A stretch of DNA of 64,000 nucleotides from Auanema rhodensis (Eukaryota > Animalia > Nematoda): NCBI GenBank assembly GCA_964057225.1, contig OZ059898.1:13888001-13952000 (forward strand), read 5' to 3'. Shown here one piece after another: positions 28,084 through 39,100 of this stretch (its first letter is position 1; every line of letters starts with the position of its first letter). The notes below the pieces were generated by a model. That model worked only from the letters and a program-made list of their open reading frames with translations, was not told where the DNA came from and made no database searches. The position numbers were made by a program, and so were the translations under genes.

Positions 28084-28428
28084 CGTTCCATTCGGACTCC
28101 CCATATATGTAGCTGGAGGGTTAGAGCCAGACGACCAGAGGACCGAGGAATGGCTCCGCCTTCCCTCGTTCCCTTGGTCGGGAGTTCGCCTCTTAGCAAG
28201 CTCATGGACGGCTTGTAGTTTAGTCTTTATACTTATATTTATCTTATTGTATTGTATCTTTATCTTTGTATATTATTGTTGTAGTTTCATGCCAATAAAT
28301 CTTTCTCTCTTTCATCTTATGATTGACCTTATGCTCTTTATTCCTTACCGCTACACCAAGGAATACTATGCGCGTCATAGTATAAACTACAATGGTTTAT
28401 ATTATCGACGCAGGAGCATAACGGAACG
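28084..28428 (+). repeat. 5' LTR of element A
   Basis: Direct repeat of 39830-40174; ends CGTTCC/GGAACG; contains AATAAA. Confidence 0.96.
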
Positions 28429-28449
28429 TGGAGGTTCCACCTCGAACTC
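28429..28449 (+). promoter_or_regulatory. Primer-binding site for tRNA-Gln (bipartite)
   Basis: TGGAGGTTCCACC is complementary to the eukaryotic tRNA-Gln 3' end GGTGGAACCT-CCA; it is followed by TCGAACTC, complementary to the T-arm. Confidence 0.85.
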
Positions 28450-28525
28450 ATCTTTTGAAAAAAAAAAAAATTTTTTTTTTATTGTAAAAGTCCATTTTTG
28501 CATTCTAAATTATAAATTCCTCCAC

Positions 28526-29096
28526 TTGAAACAACAAAATGAAGGCGCCAATTTGTTTTAAGGTACAGATACAAGGGATCTCGCTTAAATGCGAGATAGG
28601 ACCAATAAAATTTTTGCCCGCCGTCCTCAATTTAAAACCGTCTGAATGTCCACCCTTTTCTTATCGTATCTTGTACCGCTTCTCATGCCATTTTGAGGAC
28701 GTTTGGTTTGAAATAGAGGACAATTTCGCCAAACGAGAAATTATAATTGTTCACATTTTTTTTGGGCATAGAGAAGTTTGATTATTGGAACAAAAATTTA
28801 TAAGACGCGCGCAATTGATTATAGTTTGTATATTTTGTGGTCAGGACTAGAATTTTGAAAAATTATTATATTCAGACGTAAAAGATCATTTTACATATTA
28901 TTTTGCGGGAAACCAAAAACGGTTACATAAATTGAATATAAAAAGAGACCACACTAGTCCGAAAAAGCCTGGTAAATCTGCATTAAGACTTCTCAGCTCT
29001 TATTTGACAGTCAGGTCAAGTTGGCGGAAGCATAACTGCTACGGATTTTATCCCCGTAGATTATGTCACCTTCCTCAAATCATTTCGTTGTTTCAA
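28526..29096 (+). ncRNA. Large multi-pseudoknot structured RNA in the 5' leader, copy A (function unknown)
   Basis: At least 9 helices are shared with B and C, most with compensatory changes. Confidence 0.75.
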
Positions 29097-30197
29097 CTCA
29101 TAAGATACCCCTTATCTTCTACAGTAATCCTAAGTAAATGGGAAATGTTTAAAAATAGACGTATTTTTCTCATTTTCAAAAAGAAATTCGCTTAGGAAAA
29201 CGCACTTTTGCTTATTTTGATCAAGAAAAAGGACAGCCTTTTCAATAACTCTCCTCAAACCTCATTAGCATGCACAATGTCGAAAACATTTTGAGCAAAA
29301 CATGTTATTTAAGGGAAAAGGAATGAGGAAAAGATTGAAAACATAAGTCCGTTTTCTTGACGAAAACAGAGCAAAGTGCACAAAAAAAAAAAAAAAATAA
29401 AAACACAGAGTACAAACTTTATTCAGTCAATACCCATATTTGATTTGCAACCGAGTTCGAAACTCAGAGGCAAGAAACATAGGAGTTTCGCTCGCAATTA
29501 AATCTTCACTATATTCTAAACCTCGCGAAACCCTAAGTTCCAAACCAAATAATGAGTCATCATAAACAATATAGATTTTAAACAATAATCTATATAATAA
29601 ATAATAATAAAAATGACTCTTTTCCTGGTACCAGGCCCAAGGACGTGCGGTTAATAAACCGGCCCTACCATTATATACATGAGCGCATAGATCAACTAAG
29701 CACCTTCGACCAACAAGCTCCACTTCGGGAGCTACATCTACGAAGGTGGCAAAGTTTATATGGCCCTGCCCCAAATAATACATTTGGAGATCTTCGATAA
29801 ACTAAAGTAATCAAATAATCAAACATAAAATGGAGATACACAAACCATCAAAATTATATCAGGATTTGGCCTATAAGCCAAAACTCCTTCTCCATCGTAT
29901 TCAACGATGGATTCGTATAATTTCCACAGGACATAAGTCAGGCCAGTGGGATTATAACGTTGGAAATCCATTTTTTTTTTCTTTCTTTCTTTTCTTTTCT
30001 TTTGTTTCTAACCTTAAAATAAATGTCCAAAGGCCGCAAAAGTACAAAGGGGACGACATGAATAAAGTTTTTTTGAAGATTCTAGAGCAGTAAGAAAACA
30101 AAATTAGAGGAAAGTGCAAGAGCGGATAAAAATAGTTTTTGAGAAGAGATAAACATCATTAACTATAATAAGCTTACGGTAGATAGGCGGAGTCAGA

Positions 30198-33100
30198 TTG
30201 GTGGCCACGATTTGGAAAACTCCCTCTCATTTACCCTCCGCATCGCCCAGCGAAGCACGACTATCCTATTGCTCCCGAATCTCTCTCTCTCCCAACACAC
30301 ATCTAAAAGAATCTTACGCACCTTACATCAACATCCCACACGTAGCTCACCATTCTCGGTTTTTCCAAACCAAAAGTCCTACAAAGGTGGCCAAAAGATT
30401 CTCATCGGCTTTCCCAGCCCTTTACCCGTCCGATATCAACAGTGACGCTACTGTCGCAAGTCGTACCCGAAGCCGCACCCGACTTCTCAGTGTTCAAATA
30501 GAAGAACCGCACCAACCAGACGAGAAGCCGAAGCCGCAAGTCGACAAGTTCTATACTCCCCGAGAAGGTACATATTCACCTTCTGACGACACCGACGAAG
30601 ACCCGGACTTCATCATAGCCGACGACAGCACTCAAACTCCAACTACAAATCCCAAGGTACGCTCAGTTGATACTAATAAAAATTTGCGAAAAATTCAAAA
30701 GAAAAAGCCGACAACCGCATCTGCCTCACCGGTAACCCCAGACCCAAACGCGTCGAACTTATCAGTTATCACTGATAACGCACCTTCCCCATCCCTCGGG
30801 TTAACACAAAGCCCGCAAGCGTCTTCCACGCCTATTAATCAACCACATTCGCTAACTTTAGAACCCACCCAACCTAGTGACAACCCTTCAACCTTATCAA
30901 AAATCACTGATAAGATCAAAAAGAATATCCCTAATAAGCGGAAGACAAAAACACCCAGTAAGCGCGCAACAGAAACTTTGTCAGCAGAAGCCAGCCTTGA
31001 AGGCATACAAGAAGCTTCACCCTTATCATTAACAACTGATAAGTTTAAAAACAAAAGATCTTTAACAAATCGACTGATAAAGATTTTAAACTTATCCCCA
31101 GGCGATAAAACAACACCCGGCGGAACAGCAAAACCCCGGTTTTCTTCACATAATCCTAATCTTAACAGATCAGATAGTGCGATCCCTAGCTCACGATCAA
31201 CTGATAGAACATCGCCTCAGGCACCTGGTAAAGTCATCCAGGTTCCAAGAGCCCGTTTCGCAACAACTACACCTATAATAGGCTCCTCTAGCAGAAACCC
31301 TAAGGCAATAGAAAACACTCATCAAGATCCAACAAGGAGCGAAGTGATAATATCACCTATCACATACCCTGAGGGCATCTCATCCGAAATGACCGAAACA
31401 TCACGGCTTCCAGGAGCGGGTAAATCTACCATTGCTCAGGCATTAAGCTCCCCATATTGCCCTATATACGACGGAAGTCGCAACTTTAGAGACTTCGTGG
31501 CCAAGTTTAACACCTTTGCAAACGCCTTAGGCTTAGTTATGCCCGAAAGATTAACAATCTTACCATTACTTCTCAAAAACGAACGAGCTGAAGAAGCTTA
31601 TACACAGCTTAGCGATACTATCAAGACATCTGGCTCGTGGAATACTCTCATCGAAGAACTTACCTCTAGGCTATGCCCAGAGTATAATCAAGATCCGGCG
31701 CTGATAACGCTACAGAATTCCACCCAAGGCGAGCTATCAGTAGATGGATTCGCACAAACGTTACGAAGCCTAAGCTTAAACGCTTTCTCCCATACAGACC
31801 CACACAAGGACCATATTCTTAGATCCACCTTTCTACGCGGTCTCAAAAACACAATACGCCCGGGGGTAATCAGAGCTAAACCAAAAACGTTTGCCGAGGC
31901 AATTGATAATGCCAGATGGGAAGAATCAATTGCTAACCAAGTATCCGACCCTCAGGCGCTACTGGTTAACGCAATCGATAGAACATTCCCTCCCAGGCGC
32001 GACACCGGAAGGCGAGGAATCGGCAGAGGCTATCAATCATTTAACAATAGAAACTACCAAAATTATCAAAATTATCAAAGTTATCAAAATTCATCAAATA
32101 ATCAGAAACCACAAAATCTGCAAAATTCTTTCGCAAGAAACCGCAATCTTGGTAATCGCGGTAGAAATCTCTCAAATCCAAATTGGTATCAAAGAAATAA
32201 CAACTTATCACGTAATCAGGAGAGTGATAACCGTCAACGCGGCAATAATCCCTTCAGGGGAAACAACAATAATAGAGGTAGAGGAAGGGGCTCAAGAGTC
32301 AATAATTTGACCTTGATATCCCCCTTAACACTAGCAGTAGCTTTATCAGTGATCTTATCACTAATCACTATAACTGATGCTTATCAGATGTGCACTAAAG
32401 CTACAGGTGGAGCCCTCCTTATACCCCCACCCCTGAGGAAATGCACAATACCACCTACCAAACATGTCCTCCGCACAAACATACATCTGTATACAAGAAA
32501 CCAGACGGCTCACGAATGGGATTCATGGCGATGTTCAAAAGAAATACATAAAATATGCATCAGGGATTTGCTATTTTTAAGAGATCATAACTCCTCCATT
32601 GTTCGAATTGAGCCAACAACAGAAAACGAATGTAGACTGGCTGTCCGCGACCGTAAATGGAAATCAGAAGATCTGATTAAATTGGATAGCTTGACATACG
32701 CGACAACCGAACCTACATTCTCTCCAGCGCGCTCATTCAATTACGAACAATGCGAAGAAAAAGAACGACTGGTTTTGGAAAGAGGCGTTATGACCAGGAT
32801 GCCAGACGACACCATATTGACAAATCTATTACTCAATACGGAAGGCTGTCTTGCACATCATGGCCAATGCGCATCCAATACTTCAATGATCATCTGGGAA
32901 ATCCAATCATACGAACAGAGATGCAACTATATAGACATGAGCGAATATGATGCCATCATTGGAGACAGCATAATACTGATTCCCAATACGCAGTCAGCCC
33001 TTGTTATCGACAATAAACAAATTCCAAAACAGATTACATCATGTTTTTCGCAACCTATATTTCAATCAACCACGGGCAATTATATACTCTTTCCCAAATA

Positions 33101-36100
33101 TCCAAATGACAGTAATATACACAACTTAATTGAAAGAGAATATAAAAAGTTGCCAGCTAAGCGTCAAAAAAGGGCTATAGCGCAATGCGCACTGCAATTG
33201 GACGAAAGCTGGATAAAAGAACAAGAAGACTACGAAACTTTAACATTGAACATATGCCCATACCCATTTTTACGTCCAGTAATGAGTAACCCTGGGATAT
33301 CACAAATAATTCCTATAATTCGAGCCAGACGGACGATAGATCCAACATATTCTATCGTTAAGTGGATCTCAGCACATCCCGAGCAGTTCAAATTCTTCCT
33401 ACGAAGCACTACTTCGGATAGATCAATAGAAAGATTCTTAAAAATATATGAATTCTACGACCCGGAAGAAGCAATGCTTCAATTCTTCGCCCAAAAAGAA
33501 CTGGCAGCTACCACAAGAGGAGCCGTTAAATACCTCACCTCCCTGCAACTTTTAGAGCAGATAGGCGACAGATTAACAGCAGAAGAATTTGACGAAAAAA
33601 TACTCACAAAAGAAGGAAGTTATCGAGAGCGAACCGAAAGTATAGCGCTCGAGTTGGCATTTACACCGACCATTTTCGCTCAAAATAACATGTCGGTGCC
33701 ATCAAAACAAGAAGTTTTGAAAGCATTTGTAAACATGCCGCCAATCAGGCCCGTATTATCAACTAATAACGAAAAGGAACAACTGATTATTAAAGAAACA
33801 ATTGACCTATATCACCAAGTCCTCAAACTACGTACAATAAAACCCAATCGAACAGCGGCCAGAGCAGACGATGAAAGATTTCGACATCTGCCTGTACCAA
33901 CTATTATCCTGCCAGATATAGAGAAATTATATCGAGATATGGAGAATAATTTTGGTATACCTGTTGGGCCCCATCAACAAACAAAAAGTCCTAACAAATA
34001 TACACGAAATCTTCTCATTCAAACCTTTCTACCGCTACTAGAGGATAAAAGAACACCTCCCTACTCAACCAGACGCCTGACAGACAAAACGGAATATATA
34101 ACGACAACAACGGAAGTAACAAAGCTAATCCAGGACCCTCAAACAACGCCAGAGATCGATACAACTCAAACCATAACATCCACGCGCGCGCCAACAACGG
34201 TTACATTAATATATGGTGTTCACAAAGAACAGCCTATTACTACGTTTGCAACGGTCACAGATATGTCTTTAAGATCGCAAAGAAAGCAGAGAACGTCATC
34301 ACCACCTTTGGAGATTGAAACGAAAGCAGTACAAGCGCAAGCACATTATATAGGCTCCAAAGTAAACAACGAGATACAATATAAACAGAATATATCTCAG
34401 AGAATAGCGCAAGATCATCTACAATATGCAACCACTCTTATACAGGAAGAATTGCAAAAGCATTTTATGGAATCTTACGAATCCATATGCGAGATACAAA
34501 ATAGATATCTCGAATTGTGGCGTTCAATTCTCCAAATAGAGCCAACCATAGCAATGAGAACAATCCTTGGCAGAGAAGACATAGCAGCGCGTTTCGTGGG
34601 CAGCGAAATAGTTCATGTTCATATATGCCTACCAATAGAGCCTAAAACCGTTCACCACTCTCATAAAATCAATGAAACATGTTACTTAGAGACACCAGTA
34701 ACAACCGAAGACAACAAATTATATTTCGCAGCACCGGGATCAAGAGATTTACTCTCGTACGGGAAAGAAATCGACTGCGAACACGTACCAACTGATATTT
34801 ATGAGAAAAACGGGGAATGGATGAACATTAATGGGTCTGCGGAAGTCAATCCCATCACACTTTTTGATGGAGCTCACCAACATAAAGTTACGCCTTTAAA
34901 ATTTACAGGTGCTCATCTTTATACTAATCTTTCATCAAGAGTCTATTCAATGACTACCGCAATAGCGTATGGAGCTAGTTTAGCTTCAATACGACAAAAT
35001 CACGTACTAAATACGATTCACAACGACCCAAAGATAACGTCAGCCTTTATTCTTTTGAAAAAGGGCAGCGATTATATTTCGAAAGCAACTGAGTTCACAA
35101 CTACAGCCTGGAATAGCATAAAACAATTCTTAATGGGGACAATTGAAAGAACCTTAATATTAATAGGATCTACTGTTCTAATCATTGCAGCAATCATAAT
35201 TACCATCTTTGCCGGAAAATTTTACTTTTTCAAAGCAATGCCACTACCAGTCATGCATATTCAAAGAGCAGACAACGAGCCCCCAGGCTACGAGGAAACA
35301 TTAGAACTCGTTAGCCGCCCAGACCAACCAATGCCAGAAAATATAATGAAGCAGTATTACCCGGCGCTCGTAACATTCATTCCACTAGCAATACCATTTA
35401 TTGCTTCTATTAAATCAAAAGAAACAAAGCTACCACTTATCTATATATCAGTAGAAGATAAGCTGATATTAGCTTTATGGGATTCAGGCTCGTCAGTCTC
35501 ATATGTCAGGCTATCGACATTAAAATACCTGAACATGGCTCAACACGTCAAAAAGCGACGATTAGTGGCAATGGCAGCAAACAAAACAACGTTTACATTA
35601 TACGGAAAAATAAATTTAAACATCGAAATTGCTGGCTATGAGATAGAACATACCTTTTTGGTCTCAAATGACTGTGATTGCCCAGCCCCTGCTCTTATTG
35701 GGATGGACTTTATGAGCACGCTCGACAGTGAAAACATTGATGTCAGTTTAAAACCATCGAAAAAGATGCTAGAGATCGGAAATTACGCACTCCCTTTAAT
35801 TGAACAGGACGCCATTAAACAAACGGCAATAACAGTAAATATCATCAATTTGAAGAAAAGAATCATACAACCCGATGAAGAGTCCACTATTCCAATCAAA
35901 GCTGATAGACCACTCAAATCAAACGAAGTGGTAATCTTAGGGGACAACGGAAATGCATTAGCTTCAAGTTATCCAACAGCTTTCCGTGAGACAAGTGGAG
36001 TATATGTAGTTTTCCGTAACAATACGGACAAAACATTAGCTATGGAAGCTAATTCAGTCATAGGGCAGGCAACAATAGGAGAAGTACCAAGCTGGCAAAC

Positions 36101-39100
36101 AATACAAGAAGACCCTATGCAACCATATATTCCACCAGAAGCAGATTGGGAGAATAAATTACCCCACTTTCCAAGAAATTTTATGAATGACCTTAATCTG
36201 GATAAAGCAGATTTGAATAATGAAGACAAGCACGAGCTCACAAACATAGTTAAGAACCATCGTGAGGCCTTTCTTAATGAAGATAGGAAGATAGGTCTAT
36301 TTAAAGGACCCATTGAGCATACAATCCCACTAAGATCGGATATGGACATGCCAAGGTCAAGAATAACGAGGATTCCACTTGGTAAACAGGAAGAAGTGGA
36401 AAAGCAAGTAAAAGAAATGCTAGAGCAAGGCATAATCGAACCCTCTACATCCCTCTTCAATAGCCCTGCTGTGCTAGTGAAGAAGAAGGATGAGACATAT
36501 AGGTTCGTGACAGATTTTCGAGCCCTCAATAGTGTCACGCGTAAACAAACATACGTTATACCAAGCATATCGGATATAGTTGACATGGCAGCTGGAGCTC
36601 AATTCTTCTCAAACTTTGATTTAGTATCAGGATTTTTTCAAATATCACTACGTAAATCTGATCGTCCTTTAACAGCATTTACAACAACATCAGGCACGTA
36701 TCAATATAAAAGAATGCCTATGGGTCTCTGTGGAGCCCCTCATACTTTTCAAACAGCAGTAAGATATTTGCAAAGTAAATGCTCTTGCAAATTATTTGTA
36801 TACTTGGACGATCTGCTGATAATCTCTGATACAAGAAAGCAACACCTTGAAGATATCGACGAATTATTACATGCGGTCGAAAGTTTGGGAATGAAAATTA
36901 AGTTAAAGAAATGTGCTTTTGCTCAACCAGAAGTGAAATTTCTCGGATTAATAATTGGAAGAGAAGGAATAAAACCGGACCCTCAAAAAGTGGCTGCGAT
37001 ACAAGAATATCCGGCACCAAAGAACGCAACAGGCGTTCGCGCATTCTTAGGAATGGTCGGATTTTTTCGCAAATTCATTAAAGATTTTGCAAGTATCGCA
37101 AGCCCATTGTACGATTTGACAAAGACGGATACCGAATTCGCTTGGGAAAAGCAACACCAGGAAGCTGTAGATCGATTAAAAAGAAGTCTCACCCAAGCGC
37201 CCGTATTAAGTCCACCAAAATCTGATCGATTATTCATTATCGAGAGTGACGGCAGCAACATAGCAGTGGGCGCAGTATTATTGCAACCAGAAGATCCCAC
37301 GCAACCATTGAAGCATCTTCATCCTATCGCATTTGCCAGCAGAAAACTGGTAAAAGCGGAACGCAATTACGCACCAATCGAAATTGAAGCCTTAGGGTTA
37401 GTATACGCACTGAATCAATTTCGCACATACATACTGGGAACGCATACTATATGTATCACTGACCATCGCCCTCTCACAAGTTTACTAACTCGCAGAGACC
37501 TATTTGGTCGTCTTGCTAAATTTCAGTTAGTAATACAAGAATACGACATTGAGATAAGGTACAGAGAGGGCCAGCTCAATAAAGTATGTGATGCATTGTC
37601 ACGTTATATAGGCGATGAAGCAAATGATGCAAAGCCGGAAAAGAAGAAAAAGAAAAACGTAGAATCGATCAGAATAAATACTATTGATACACCTGCCATA
37701 AAAGAAATTCAACAAAATACTCCATGGATAAAGAAAACAATCGCGGACATCGAATATAGAACGCAAAAGAAAATGGTCTCTAACGATAGATATTGCGTTA
37801 TAAATGGATTACTCTACACAAAACCAACAGACAAGAAACCACATCCTGCAATCGTTGTGCCACAAGATCATCCAATCAAGGACGAGATAATAGAATTATT
37901 TCACGAAGATCCTACAATCGCAGCGCATCAAGGAATTAATAAAACTAAAGAAGCTATCCTACGGAGATTTTATTGGACCAACATGCAAAATGATATCATG
38001 ATATATATCAAAAACTGCATTAAATGCGCACAAAGGAAGAAGGACCCACATTCTATGACAGTACAGCCAATAGGTCAATTTGAAATACCGACCAAGCCTT
38101 TTGAACGAGTTCATATGGATGTAATGGGACCTTTTCCCCCGTCAAAAAGGAATTGTACTTACGTTATTACCATCCAGGATGCTTTTACTAAATGGTCAAC
38201 AACGATAGCAGTACCGCAAATTACGACAGAAATAACAATTGACAGATTTCTACGCAACTTTGTATACATATACGGACCGCCTCATCGACTGATCACCGAT
38301 AGAGGATCTAATTTTGTATCTCAAAAGTTTGAAGAAATGTGTACAAAACTGGGAATTCAACATGAACCCACCCTTCCTCACCAAAAGAACTCAAACGGAC
38401 AAGTCGAAAGACTACACAGAACTCTTGAGGAAGGATTAACACACTACTTGAAGGAAGATCTAAGCGACTGGGATAGCGTATTGCCGAAAATTACATTCGC
38501 TATCAATAACATTCAGCATGCTACAACAGGCATAGCCCCATACGTAGCACTTTTTGGAAAAGAATGCAGAATGAAAATTGATGCCGAATTACCGGGAACC
38601 ATAACAAAAATCAAAGAGATTTCGGAAGAATTACTCACGAGAAGACCTCAAATGATGAAAATAGACCAAATAATACGTGAACGTATCGCCCAAAACCAAG
38701 AAAACGCCAGAAAGAAGAAGGATAGAACACAAAGGACGCACGAAAGGAACATTCAACCCGGCGACATGGTGATGACAACAATAAAGTCACATAAAATTGG
38801 TCAGAAACTGAGGAAAAGCTATGACGGACCTTACGAAGTTATTAACGTACAAGGATCCAAGGTGCAGATAAGGAATTCATCAGGAAAGATACAAGATATC
38901 CACAAGGATAATCTCAAACTCTTCTCAAACGCTACTCAAAATATCACTCACAATACCCGTTCTAATACACGCAACAATCACGAAGAAGAAGAAGAGGACA
39001 GCGATATAGAGATACTAAGAGTGATCAAAAGAAACGAGCAAGATAACACCGATAGCGAACCGGAATCAGAGAACGAAGATGGAGACGAATTATGGTTACC

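Noticed and set aside
27992-28561. 189-aa ORF with a hydrophobic stretch
   Set aside because: Chance read-through from the spacer into the T-rich LTR; not conserved in B or C.
28836-28965. Resemblance of TCAGGACTA / TAGTCC / GCGGGAAA to group I intron R, S and P elements, and of GTCCGAAA to a hammerhead core
   Set aside because: The element order and helix topology do not match a group I core, P7 has no bulged G-site, and there is no CUGANGA. An HDV-like topology does not fit either.
28932-29195. Leader uORF sharing GF.P...CHLP with ORF 50705-50950 of B
   Set aside because: A and B differ by a frameshifting indel and C has a TAA in that frame; the conservation is at the RNA level.
35969-37300. 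Antisense ORFs within pol (also 41840-44755 in B)
   Set aside because: Shadow frames of a conserved coding strand; no independent motifs.
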